Shown piece by piece: positions 25,966-34,578 of a stretch of 64,000 nt of DNA (the stretch's first letter is position 1; the number at the start of each line of letters is the position of its first letter). The stretch lies in NCBI GenBank assembly GCA_046349955.1, contig JAXMBI010000030.1, positions 17,302 to 81,301 on the forward strand, written 5' to 3'. This stretch comes from Pirellulales bacterium (GTDB lineage: Bacteria; Planctomycetota; Planctomycetia; Pirellulales; JBGAPH01). Made by a program: the position numbers and the translations under genes. The notes under the pieces are model-generated. The model was given only the letters and a program-made list of their open reading frames with translations, was not told where the DNA came from and searched no databases.

Positions 25966-27450
25966 ATGGCGCGGGCGGGCGCCATCGGAGCCAAGCGGAG
26001 GATCGTCGTGCGGGTTTCCCTAGGACTATCGATTCAACGAGCTTTCCTCGCCCTCGCCTGCCTTGTGGCGGTCGGCGGTTTCCCCGGCCCTCTTCTCGGA
26101 CAAGAGCTCTCGGTTGGAACCGCTCAGGTAGAAATCACGCCGCCGCGCGGCATGCGCATGTGCGGCTACTTCTTCGAACGGCTGAACACCGGCACGCATG
26201 ACCCCCTCTGGGCCAAGGCCCTCGTCTTCCAGCAGGGCGACGTGCGGGCAGCGCTGGTGTTCTGCGATCTGATCGGGTTGCCGCGCGCGGTCACGCAGCG
26301 GGCGCGCCGCGACGCCGCGATCAAGACGGGCATCCCGGCCGATAACATTCTGGTCGCCGCCACCCACAGCCACACCGGCCCGCTCTACTTTGACGCTCTT
26401 CGCGACTTCTACCACTCCCAGGCCGTGGGACATTTCGGGCAAGATGCGGCGGAGCCGGTCGACTACTCCGCCGTGCTAGCCGGCAAGATCGTCGCCGCGG
26501 TCGAGGCTGCCCACAAAGCCGCCAAGCCGGCAACGCTGGCGGCGGGCGTCGCGCAACAGCGTGGCCTGTCCTTCAACCGCCGCTTCCATCTCCGCGACGG
26601 TTCGGTGGTCTTCAATCCGGGCAAGCTCAACCCGAACATCGTTCGCCCAGCCGGTCCGATCGACCCGGATCTTGGGCTGGTAGCCGTGCGAGACGCCGCT
26701 GGCCAAACCGAGGCCGTGCTCGCCGTGTTTGCCCTTCATCTCGATACGGTCGGCGGCACAGACTATTCCGCGGACTACCCCTTCTACTTGGAGCGGGGGC
26801 TGCAAACGGCGTTGGGGCCGCGCGTGGTTTCTTTATTCGCGGCCGGAACCTGCGGCGACATCAACCACATCGACGTGACGCACGACCGCCCCCAAGGCGG
26901 TCAGGCGGAGGCCGAGCGGATCGGCAGCGCACTATCTGCCACAGCAACGAGCACGCTCGCCAATTTGCCTCCAATCGCAAACCCCTCGCTGGCGGTGCGG
27001 CGGGCGATCGTCGAAGCGCCGCTGCAGACTTATCCTCCAGAGCAGCTCGAAGCCGCCCGCCAACGGCTGCCGGAGGTCGGGCGCCGGCTGATGCCGTTCC
27101 TGGAGGAGGTCGAGACGGTCAAAATCGTGGACCTCGAGCGTCTTGGCGGGCAGCCCAACTACCCGCTCGAGACCCAGGTGTTTCGGTTCAGCGACGAGGT
27201 GGCGGTCGTGGGGCTGCCCGGGGAGGTCTTCGTCGAGTTGGGACTCGCCATCAAGGCCGCTTCGCCCTTCCCGACGACGCTTGTGATCGAGCTGGCCAAC
27301 GACGACCCGGCTTACATTCCCACGCGCAAGGCCTTCGCCGAAGGGAGCTACGAAACGGTCAACTCGCGGGTGCAGTCGGGGAGCGGCGAGCAACTCGTCG
27401 AGGCGGCGGTGCGGCTGCTCAAGGAGCTGGCGGTCCGGCCCGATAAATAG
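25966..27450 (+). CDS. neutral/alkaline ceramidase-like hydrolase (secreted)
   Basis: Signal-like segment AFLALACLVAVGG. The N-terminal domain pattern is GYFFERLNTGTHDPLWAKALVF ... LVFCDLIGL ... ATHSHTGP, which is characteristic of the non-lysosomal ceramidase N-terminal domain. This is a call from memory. Confidence 0.7.
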   Translation: MARAGAIGAKRRIVVRVSLGLSIQRAFLALACLVAVGGFPGPLLGQELSVGTAQVEITPPRGMRMCGYFFERLNTGTHDPLWAKALVFQQGDVRAALVFCDLIGLPRAVTQRARRDAAIKTGIPADNILVAATHSHTGPLYFDALRDFYHSQAVGHFGQDAAEPVDYSAVLAGKIVAAVEAAHKAAKPATLAAGVAQQRGLSFNRRFHLRDGSVVFNPGKLNPNIVRPAGPIDPDLGLVAVRDAAGQTEAVLAVFALHLDTVGGTDYSADYPFYLERGLQTALGPRVVSLFAAGTCGDINHIDVTHDRPQGGQAEAERIGSALSATATSTLANLPPIANPSLAVRRAIVEAPLQTYPPEQLEAARQRLPEVGRRLMPFLEEVETVKIVDLERLGGQPNYPLETQVFRFSDEVAVVGLPGEVFVELGLAIKAASPFPTTLVIELANDDPAYIPTRKAFAEGSYETVNSRVQSGSGEQLVEAAVRLLKELAVRPDK

Positions 27451-27644
27451 CCTGAAAAACGCACACACTAATCGTCCTATCCGATTGGTAAATAACGACT
27501 TGCGCTATGACATGCCGGCGGGTCGGCTGTTTGGGGAAGTTCTGTGTAACACTTTGCTCCGCTTCTCGCTGGTGCTGTTAGAGACGGCAAACAGCCCGCC
27601 ACGGTGGCCAGGGCCGCCGTGGCGAACGAAAGCGAGAGTGAGCA

Positions 27645-28889
27645 ATGAAAAGCCTCTGGACCAAGTTTTTGACGGGCATCGCGGTTGCGGGAACGTTGAT
27701 CGGCAGCACGGCTTCGGCCGCCGGCCATAAGGGGTTCAGCTTTGGGGGCGGCGGAGGCGGCGGCAACTCGATGCGGTCGCAGAGTTTCAGCGGCAACCTG
27801 GGGAACGCCCTGAAGATCAACTCGAACCTGAACCAGAACCAATTCAAGGCCCGCACGCTGGGCAACGTTTCCGGCAGCCAATTCCAGAGCCTCTCGAAGG
27901 GCCTGAAGGCGGGCAACCAGTCGTTCGGCCAGAAGTTCGGCTCGCAGATCGGGACCAACCAGAACCAGTTCAAGGGTCTGCAGCGCGTTGGCCAGCTCAA
28001 CGGCCAGAACGGCAAGTTGCTCAACCAAATGTTCCACGGCGCCCAGACCTTCCAAGGGAACAAAGGCCTGCAGAAGGTCAATGGCTTGCCAGGGCTCGTC
28101 GGCGGCCAGTTCGGCAAGCAGCAGTTCAACCCCGCAAAGTTCAACGGCCTGACCAAGCAGAACAACTTCTTCGGAAGCTTCGGCAATCACCCCAACAAGT
28201 CGAACAAGAGCTTCTGCTTCGGCAACAGCGGCTGGTGCGGCTGGAACAACTGGTACAACCCCTGGTGCTACCGCCCGTACTGCTACAACTACAACTCCTG
28301 CTACGGCTACCCGTACTACTGCGGCTACCCCGTCTACAACAGCTACCCTGTCTACAACAACACGGTGACCTATGTGACGCCGGCTCAGCCGGTGGCGACC
28401 GAGCCGGCCCCGCAGCTCCCCTTGGCCGACTTGCTGCTGACCGATCTGCGGTTGATGGATCCGGGCAACGGGACCGACCTGGGCCCGCGGTTCCTGCTGA
28501 CGATTGCCAACCAAGGTCCCTCGGTTTCGCCTCCCTTCCAAGCGGGGATCGCGGCCGCGGTCAGCCAGGAACAGCTCGGCTCAGCGGTGAAGGCCGCCGC
28601 CCAAGTGGGGCCGATCCAGACTGGCCAGACCACGACCGTGGAGATTCGGCTGCCGGTGCAGGTTCTTGGCCTGCCGAGCCCCAACGGCCCGACGCTGTTC
28701 GGAGTGCTTGGTGTTTCGCTGGATGAGCTGAACCAGGTGGACGAGCTCGACGAGCAGAACAACGGCGCCCTTGTGAGCCGCGACCAAATTCAGCCCCTGC
28801 AAGCCGCCCCGGCCCCGCAAGGCCCGACGGCCAACCTGGCCGCGAACGGCCCGAGCGTTCCGCCGATGCTGAGCCTGCCCCCACAGTAA
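27645..28889 (+). CDS. secreted low-complexity protein: Q/N/G/F/K-rich region, Cys/Tyr/Trp/Asn-rich segment and CARDB-like domain
   Basis: Signal peptide MKSLWTKFLTGIAVAGTLIGSTASA. Residues about 30-190 are rich in N, Q, G, F, K and S, with NQNQFK occurring twice. Residues 189-238 read SFCFGNSGWCGWNNWYNPWCYRPYCYNYNSCYGYPYYCGYPVYNSYPVY. Residues about 259-376 look like CARDB (DLLLTDLRLMDPGNG ... LLTIANQG ... VDELDEQNN). A strong terminator follows. Confidence 0.8.
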   Translation: MKSLWTKFLTGIAVAGTLIGSTASAAGHKGFSFGGGGGGGNSMRSQSFSGNLGNALKINSNLNQNQFKARTLGNVSGSQFQSLSKGLKAGNQSFGQKFGSQIGTNQNQFKGLQRVGQLNGQNGKLLNQMFHGAQTFQGNKGLQKVNGLPGLVGGQFGKQQFNPAKFNGLTKQNNFFGSFGNHPNKSNKSFCFGNSGWCGWNNWYNPWCYRPYCYNYNSCYGYPYYCGYPVYNSYPVYNNTVTYVTPAQPVATEPAPQLPLADLLLTDLRLMDPGNGTDLGPRFLLTIANQGPSVSPPFQAGIAAAVSQEQLGSAVKAAAQVGPIQTGQTTTVEIRLPVQVLGLPSPNGPTLFGVLGVSLDELNQVDELDEQNNGALVSRDQIQPLQAAPAPQGPTANLAANGPSVPPMLSLPPQ

Positions 28890-28918
28890 CCCTTGCCACG
28901 AACGCCTGCCCTTCTCCA

Positions 28919-28968
28919 CCGCGGCGATCCCCGAGCGAAAGCTTGGCGGGTCGCCGCGGTTTTTTTTG
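28919..28968 (+). terminator. rho-independent terminator
   Basis: 12-bp stem CCGCGGCGATCC / GGGTCGCCGCGG with one G-U pair, an inner mini-hairpin, then TTTTTTTTG. It lies 30 nt after the stop at 28889. Confidence 0.8.
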
Positions 28969-29044
28969 TTGGGAGATGGGGCGGGAGCGCCCGCGCGTTA
29001 GGATGAGATGCAAAAGGAACTCGGGTCACCGAGTTGCGTGCATC

Positions 29045-29881
29045 ATGCCTGAAGCAGACCGGTCGATCACCCGCGAAGACCGCATGAGCGACTTGCGATC
29101 ATCGATCGCCGGTCTGTACGCGGTTTTCGGCGCCTATGGCTGGATCCGCGGCCGGGAGCTGCGCGCGTTGCGAAGCGCGGGTGAGGAGCCTCCGACGGCC
29201 GTGTTCGAGAAGGATCTGCGCGAGGTCAGCGCCGAGGACCTGCGCTCGCATCGCAACTGGAGCATGGGCCGGTCCGGGTTAAGCGAGTGTCTCGATAGCT
29301 TGGAGCGAACCAAGTATCTGCTGCCGCGTGTCCTCGAGCTTTTCGGGCAGACTGCAGTCGCGGAGACCGCCGAATCCATTCCGGCCTACGAGATTACTTC
29401 CAAGCTGATCGAGTACGCTTGGTGGGACTGGCCGGATGCCGAGCATGCCAGCGTGCGGCGCTGGATGGACGCCGTCTATTTGCTTCTCTTCACCAGGACG
29501 CCGGCGGAGCGGTGGGCAGGATTGCCCACCCCGGACGACTGGCTCGATAAGGTCTTGGCATGTGATCGTGACGTATCTCGCTGTCTTGAAGCTTGGTGGA
29601 GCCTAGCGTGCCCGGCCGACGTAGTCGCTGCGTCTCGAACCTTTCTCCTCGCTTGTGACAACAGCCTAATCGGCACGGGGCCATTCCCGAGGCCGCTCGC
29701 AGCGCCCCCGGATCCTGAATGGCCGGCAATAAAACAAATCGCGGCCTTCTACTGCGAGCGGCGCATGCGAGATCGCTGGGAAGCCTTGTTCTTCGCGGAG
29801 ACGATTGATCCGAAGGACCGGCAAGACCTTGCCAGGGCAGTCGACGCCTGGGATCAATGCTATGCGCGCCCTGCCGCCTGA
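29045..29881 (+). CDS. hypothetical protein (about 278 aa)
   Basis: Long ORF with coding-type GC3. ATG 29045 is preferred; the extension to 28943 runs through the upstream terminator. It is Trp/Asp-rich (WWDWPDAEH, WWSLACPAD). I recognise no family. Confidence 0.6.
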   Translation: MPEADRSITREDRMSDLRSSIAGLYAVFGAYGWIRGRELRALRSAGEEPPTAVFEKDLREVSAEDLRSHRNWSMGRSGLSECLDSLERTKYLLPRVLELFGQTAVAETAESIPAYEITSKLIEYAWWDWPDAEHASVRRWMDAVYLLLFTRTPAERWAGLPTPDDWLDKVLACDRDVSRCLEAWWSLACPADVVAASRTFLLACDNSLIGTGPFPRPLAAPPDPEWPAIKQIAAFYCERRMRDRWEALFFAETIDPKDRQDLARAVDAWDQCYARPAA

Positions 29882-29908
29882 TACGCGAAGGCGTCGGCGC
29901 GGTCGCCG

Positions 29909-31018
29909 CTAAGGCCGCGCAACCAGGTTTCCGCTCAACCGCTTCACCAGCCGCCGCATCTCCAGAATGGAGAGCGTGCTCAGCACCTGGGGCGTCGTCA
30001 GTCCGCTCTTGGCGATCACCTGGTCGATCGTCAGCGGGTCGAGCGTAATCGTGCCCAGCACCTGTTGTTCGATTTCGTTGAGCAGCAGTTCCGCCGGATG
30101 GTGAATTGGCGGGCCTTCGTCGGCCCGCGGCGCGGCCTCCACGAGCGGGCCCAGTTCTTCGAGCACGTCGTCGGCCGATTCCACGAGCTTCGCGCCGTCG
30201 CGAATCAGCCGGTGGCAACCGTGCGACATGCGATTGTCGACCCGTCCCGGCACGGCGAACACCTCGCGCCCCTGCTCCGTGGCGTGGCGCGCCGTGATCA
30301 GAGCGCCGGAATGCACCGCGGCCTCTACTACAATTACGCCGAGGCTCATGCCGCTGATGATCCGATTACGTTGCGGGAACGAGCCGGCGACTGGCGCCGC
30401 CCGCACCGGCGTTTCGGTGAGCACGGCCCCCTGGGCGGCCACTTCGCCGGCCAGTTCTTTGTGTTCGGGCGGGTAGATGTCGACGAGCCCGCCCCCCAAC
30501 ACGGCCAAGGTGCGGCCGCCGGCGGCCAGGGCGCCGCGATGGGCCGCGGCGTCGATGCCGCGGGCGAGGCCGCTGATGATCGTGAGCCCAGCCCGCGCCA
30601 GGCTGGCCGCCAGCCGTTCGGCCTGGGCAAGGCCGTACTGCGTGGCATGCCGGGAGCCGACGATGGCGATTCCCAGGGCATCCTGCGGCGCGAGTTCGCC
30701 ACGCACGAAGAGCAGGCCCGGCGGATCGGGAATCTCGCGGAGCGACCGCGGATACGCGTCCGACTCGAGCGGCACGAGCGCGATGCCGTGCTGCCGGCAA
30801 ACGGCCAGTTCCTGATCGACATCGATTTCCTCGAGCGCCGCCGCGATCCGCAGGCTCAGCTTGCGGCCGATGCCGGGCACCTCGCCGAGTTGGGCTGGCG
30901 GCGCCCTCAAAATGGCCTCGGGCGAGCCAAACCGGGCGAGCAGTGCCTGCCGCAGCCGCGGGCCGACGCCTGAGACGAGGCTGAGCCGTAGGACCGATTC
31001 GAGATTGGGCTCGGCCAT
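29909..31018 (-). CDS. dprA: DNA-processing protein DprA (SMF family)
   Basis: N-terminal SAM/HhH-like segment (LSLVSGVGPRLRQALLARFGSPEAIL). Rossmann core GIAIVGSRHATQYG ... IISGLARGIDAAAHRGAL ... AVLGGGLD..YP. C-terminal winged helix. Start placed at ATG 31018. Confidence 0.9.
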   Translation of the reverse strand: MAEPNLESVLRLSLVSGVGPRLRQALLARFGSPEAILRAPPAQLGEVPGIGRKLSLRIAAALEEIDVDQELAVCRQHGIALVPLESDAYPRSLREIPDPPGLLFVRGELAPQDALGIAIVGSRHATQYGLAQAERLAASLARAGLTIISGLARGIDAAAHRGALAAGGRTLAVLGGGLVDIYPPEHKELAGEVAAQGAVLTETPVRAAPVAGSFPQRNRIISGMSLGVIVVEAAVHSGALITARHATEQGREVFAVPGRVDNRMSHGCHRLIRDGAKLVESADDVLEELGPLVEAAPRADEGPPIHHPAELLLNEIEQQVLGTITLDPLTIDQVIAKSGLTTPQVLSTLSILEMRRLVKRLSGNLVARP

Positions 31019-31337
31019 GCTCGTGCGTCTGACCCAAGGAATTCGACCCTGCCCGACGCCGCTTCGAGCCAGGCCCCCCAGAATCCCCCTGTGGCAGGGC
31101 TGAGTCAAGCGAAGGCGCGACGAAGCCTGCGTTGCCGGCACACGGTAAATCCGTCTCCAACCTTCGGCGCAGCGGACGGTGCCGGTTACTGCAAAAACCC
31201 GCTCCAAAGGGCATTGCCGCCCCGCGGGAAGGCCGCTAAACTATTGAGTTTTACGCCCCTTGGCCCCGGCAATTTCGCCGTGCGGGCCGGGCGCCCTTCC
31301 CGAGGAGACTCCGCGGCTGACGCGGTGGTGGTGAACG

Positions 31338-31781
31338 ATGTCCAAGACGACCTACATGGCCAAGCCCGGCGAACTGGAAGCCCAATGGTGGCTCGTGGAC
31401 GCGGCCGATCAGGTGGTAGGTCGCCTGGCCGCCGAAATCGCCACGGTGCTCATGGGCAAGCACCGCCCCACCTACACCCCGCACGTCGACACGGGCGACT
31501 TCGTGGTTGTGGTGAACGCCGAAAAGGTGGTCTTCACTGGCCAGAAGTGGCAGAAGAAGCAATACAAGTGGTTCACCGGTTACCGCGGTCTCCGCTCGGA
31601 GACTGCGGGCGACCGCCTGCAGCGCCGCCCCGAAGAGATTCTGCGTGAAGCGGTGCGCCGCATGCTGCCCAAGAACAAGCTGGCCAGCAAAATGCTCGAC
31701 AAGCTCAAGCTGTATGTGGGCGACCAACACCCGCACCAGGCCCAACTTCCCCAGCCGCTCGAACTGCCGGCCAAGGCCTAA
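31338..31781 (+). CDS. rplM: 50S ribosomal protein L13
   Basis: WWLVDAADQVVGRLAAEIATVLMGKHRPTYTPHVDTGDFVVVVNAEKV ... YVGDQHPHQAQ is the canonical L13 sequence pattern. Confidence 0.97.
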   Translation: MSKTTYMAKPGELEAQWWLVDAADQVVGRLAAEIATVLMGKHRPTYTPHVDTGDFVVVVNAEKVVFTGQKWQKKQYKWFTGYRGLRSETAGDRLQRRPEEILREAVRRMLPKNKLASKMLDKLKLYVGDQHPHQAQLPQPLELPAKA

Positions 31782-31835
31782 GGCGTTCGCCGCTCGGCTT
31801 CCCAACTCACTTCCTTCGGACCGCAGGCTGCAGTC

Positions 31836-32240
31836 ATGGTAGATACGAAGACCGCGAACGACATTCTGGGCACCGGCCGCCGCAAGACCTCGGTGGCGCG
31901 CGTGCGGCTTCGTCCGGGGTCGGGCGTGATCACCGTGAACGGCCGCCCGTTCGAGGAGTACTTTACGATCGATCAGGATCGCCGCAACGTGCTGGCCGCC
32001 CTCGACGGCACCGGCCGCCGCAACGACTTCGACGTACTGATCCGCGCCGACGGCGGTGGCAAGACAGGCCAATCGGGCGCTTGCCTGCTGGGCATCGCAC
32101 GGGCTCTAAAGAAGCTCGACCAGGACGCGGAAACGGTCCTTCGCCAGCAAGGCCTGCTCACCCGCGACGGCCGCATGAAGGAACGCAAGCACTACGGTCT
32201 CCGCGGCGCCCGCCGGGGAACGCAGTTCTCGAAGCGTTAA
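31836..32240 (+). CDS. rpsI: 30S ribosomal protein S9
   Basis: GTGRRKTSVARVRLRPGSGVITVNGR ... GGGKTGQSGA ... LTRDGRMKERKHYGLRGARRGTQFSKR is the canonical S9 sequence pattern. It lies immediately downstream of rplM. Confidence 0.97.
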   Translation: MVDTKTANDILGTGRRKTSVARVRLRPGSGVITVNGRPFEEYFTIDQDRRNVLAALDGTGRRNDFDVLIRADGGGKTGQSGACLLGIARALKKLDQDAETVLRQQGLLTRDGRMKERKHYGLRGARRGTQFSKR

Positions 32241-32265
32241 CGCCAGGCGGATTACGGCTTCTTAG

Positions 32266-32286
32266 CCCCCCGTCAATGACGGGGGG
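32266..32286 (+). terminator. GC hairpin between convergent rpsI and the methyltransferase gene (no U-tract)
   Basis: Perfect 9-bp stem CCCCCCGTC / GACGGGGGG with an AAT loop, 26 nt after the rpsI stop. There is no T-run on either strand, so intrinsic-terminator function is uncertain. Confidence 0.4.
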
Positions 32287-32378
32287 GAATCTACGCCGCA
32301 TTGCGCGAGTGCCGTTGGTTTATCGCGATCGGTTCGTCGCGATTCTCGTCCCCCGGCGGCTCGCCGGGGGCTAAGGGC

Positions 32379-33242
32379 CTATCGAGGCCGCGCTACGGCC
32401 ACCAGCAGACTGCCGCGCCCAAGCCATCCGGTAAGCCGGAAGGCCAAGCGCGCAGGGGCCGACAGTTCGCGCTGCACCTGGCCGAAGATGGGATGGCAAA
32501 CGTCGTAGGCGTTGCAGATCAAGACCTCGTAGCCCGCCGATTCCAGCAGGCCGTGCAGCACCGGCCGCGTGTAGGCCAGCATGTGATAGGGCGGCTGTAA
32601 GAAACCGTAGTGGGCGCCCCAGGGGTTCAGCTTTCGCAGCGTGGGGACCAGGCCGTTGTGGTTGGGTACGTCGAGGTGCAACAACCCCCCCGGCGTCAGT
32701 GTCTCGCGGGCCTTGGCCAGGTACTCGTGCGGATTCAGGCAGTGCTCGAGCACCTGGCTCGAGAAGATCACCTCGAATTGCCGCTCGACCGGACGCTGCG
32801 TGAAATCGCCCAACTCGATGGGCAGGCCGATCTCTTTCGTGAAGGCCGTGACCTCGGGGTTGATGTCGAGTCCGGCCCAATCGACGCCGAGCTCGCGAAA
32901 GGCGACGCAGAAGGCGCCGTCGCCGCAGCCCACGTCCAGCAGCGACTCGAGTGGGCGGCCGAGCGTGCGCTCGTAAAACTCCTTGCGGGCTCGCGCCAAC
33001 GGGCGAGCGCTTTCCGCCCGGCGCTGGTGCATCGCCAGCATGTTGCGAGTGTATTCATCCCAGGTGCGAATCGACTGGCTGCCGGCAACGGTGGGGTCGT
33101 CGTCTTCGACCAAGGGCTGCACGTAGGCCAGTCCGCACTTCCCACAGGCGCCAAACGTCAGCGGTCCGCGGCGCCGGGCGGGGCGAAAATCGGGCGATGC
33201 GCAGACAGGGCAAACTTCAACCCTGCGGGCCACGGAGCTCAT
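32379..33242 (-). CDS. class I SAM-dependent methyltransferase with an N-terminal zinc ribbon
   Basis: CPVC-x17-CGKC ribbon. SAM motif I is LLDVGCGDGAF, with acidic residue GLDIN. The Methyltransf_11/23-like core reads VIFSSQVLEHC ... LTPGGLLHLDVP. Start at ATG 33242. Confidence 0.85.
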   Translation of the reverse strand: MSSVARRVEVCPVCASPDFRPARRRGPLTFGACGKCGLAYVQPLVEDDDPTVAGSQSIRTWDEYTRNMLAMHQRRAESARPLARARKEFYERTLGRPLESLLDVGCGDGAFCVAFRELGVDWAGLDINPEVTAFTKEIGLPIELGDFTQRPVERQFEVIFSSQVLEHCLNPHEYLAKARETLTPGGLLHLDVPNHNGLVPTLRKLNPWGAHYGFLQPPYHMLAYTRPVLHGLLESAGYEVLICNAYDVCHPIFGQVQRELSAPARLAFRLTGWLGRGSLLVAVARPR

Positions 33243-33347
33243 GCAATAAATCCGCTTGGGAACAAGCTGAACGACCAGCCCCAACCTCTGCTGCTTAGAT
33301 TCTAGCCTGACGAATGCCGGTCTAACCCCGGATTTTGGCTCCGACCG

Positions 33348-34439
33348 TCAGGCGATTTGCTGGTTGGCCGGACGAGGCGGACTGCCGGTAAAGTCGACCC
33401 GGCAAACCGGCCCCAGCGTGTGCTCGGGCCACACGACCAGGGCGCTGGCCCAGGAGAGCCCCACGCCAAAGGCGCTGAGCACCACCCGCATGCCGGGGCG
33501 CAAGCGGCCGGCGAGCCAGGCGTCGGTGAGGGCGACGGCGACCGTTGAGCCGCCGGAGTTGCCGACGTCGTGCAGCTTGTAGTGCAGCTTCTCGCGAGGA
33601 ATCTTCAGCTTTTTGGCCGACGATTCGATGATCATTTCGCTGGCCTGGTGGAAGATGAAGAGATCTACGTCGTCGACCGTGAGCCCGGCCTTGGTCAGCA
33701 GATTGCCCACCGCCTTGGGCACCATCTTGAGCGTGAACATGAAGATGGCGGCGCCGTCCATGTACATGTCGTCGCCGCGGCGGACGCAGCCGTTCTTGTC
33801 GGTCGTCTCCTGAGCCGATTCCGGCGTGCGCGGATGACGTAGGCCGCTGGTGGGCCAGATCAAGTGCTCGTGCCCCGAGCCATCGGTGCCGAGTTCGAAC
33901 TGCACGAAGCCCTGCCCCTGGGGCGCCCGCTCAAGCAAGGTGGCGGTGCCGGCGTCGCCGAAGAGCGGCACCACCGCCCGGTCCTGCGGATGCAAGAGCC
34001 GCGTCGGCGTTTCCCCAGTGAGCACGAGCGCCCGCTTAGCCAGGCCCGCCATGAGCATGCTATGGGCCGTGGCCAGCGAGTACACGTACTGCGAGCAGCC
34101 GAGATTAATGTCGAACGCGGCACACGAGGTCGGCAGCCCCAGCCGCTGCTGCAGGATACAGGCGGTGGTCGGCAGCAGATAGTCGGGCGTCTGCGTGGCC
34201 ATCAGCAGGAGCTCGATCGACGCGGGATCGATCGCATGCGCCGACAACAGATCCTGCGCGGCGCGAAACGCGAGGTCTGACGCACAGGTCTCCGGCCCCG
34301 CCACGCGACGTTCGAAGATGCCGGAGCTCTCGGCGACCTTCTGCATCGCCTCGGCGCCGAACCGCTCGACGAGCTGCCCATGGGTGAGCCGGTTCTCCGG
34401 CACGTAGTAGCTGGTGGCCAGGATGGCGCTGGAAGTCAT
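33348..34439 (-). CDS. 3-oxoacyl-ACP synthase III (FabH-like KAS III)
   Basis: Catalytic triad contexts are FDINLGCSQYVY (Cys), FIFHQAS (His) and VGNSGGSTV (Asn). The length of about 363 aa is typical. Start at ATG 34439. Confidence 0.9.
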   Translation of the reverse strand: MTSSAILATSYYVPENRLTHGQLVERFGAEAMQKVAESSGIFERRVAGPETCASDLAFRAAQDLLSAHAIDPASIELLLMATQTPDYLLPTTACILQQRLGLPTSCAAFDINLGCSQYVYSLATAHSMLMAGLAKRALVLTGETPTRLLHPQDRAVVPLFGDAGTATLLERAPQGQGFVQFELGTDGSGHEHLIWPTSGLRHPRTPESAQETTDKNGCVRRGDDMYMDGAAIFMFTLKMVPKAVGNLLTKAGLTVDDVDLFIFHQASEMIIESSAKKLKIPREKLHYKLHDVGNSGGSTVAVALTDAWLAGRLRPGMRVVLSAFGVGLSWASALVVWPEHTLGPVCRVDFTGSPPRPANQQIA

Positions 34440-34465
34440 GGTTGCGTCGATCGAGGAGGGATTTG

Positions 34466-34567
34466 AACCACGAAGGCACGAAGACACAAAGCAGATCATT
34501 TCTCGCCAAGGCGCTGAGATCGCAAAGTAATGAACTCGAGCTTTGCGCCCTCTGCGTCTTTGCGAGA
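34466..34567. repeat. palindromic intergenic repeat element, copy A (purine-periodic module plus 27-bp-arm hairpin)
   Basis: AACCACGAAGGCACGAAGACACAAAG at 34466-34491. An imperfect palindrome lies at 34501-34527 / 34541-34567 (22 of 27 positions pair). Both modules recur at 37145-37336. Confidence 0.65.
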
Positions 34568-34578
34568 AATCTCGATTC

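Noticed and set aside
27477-28541. 354-aa minus-strand ORF opposite the Q/N-rich protein gene
   Set aside because: It is the mirror frame of a low-complexity gene. The plus frame has a signal peptide, genome-typical codon choice and its own terminator.
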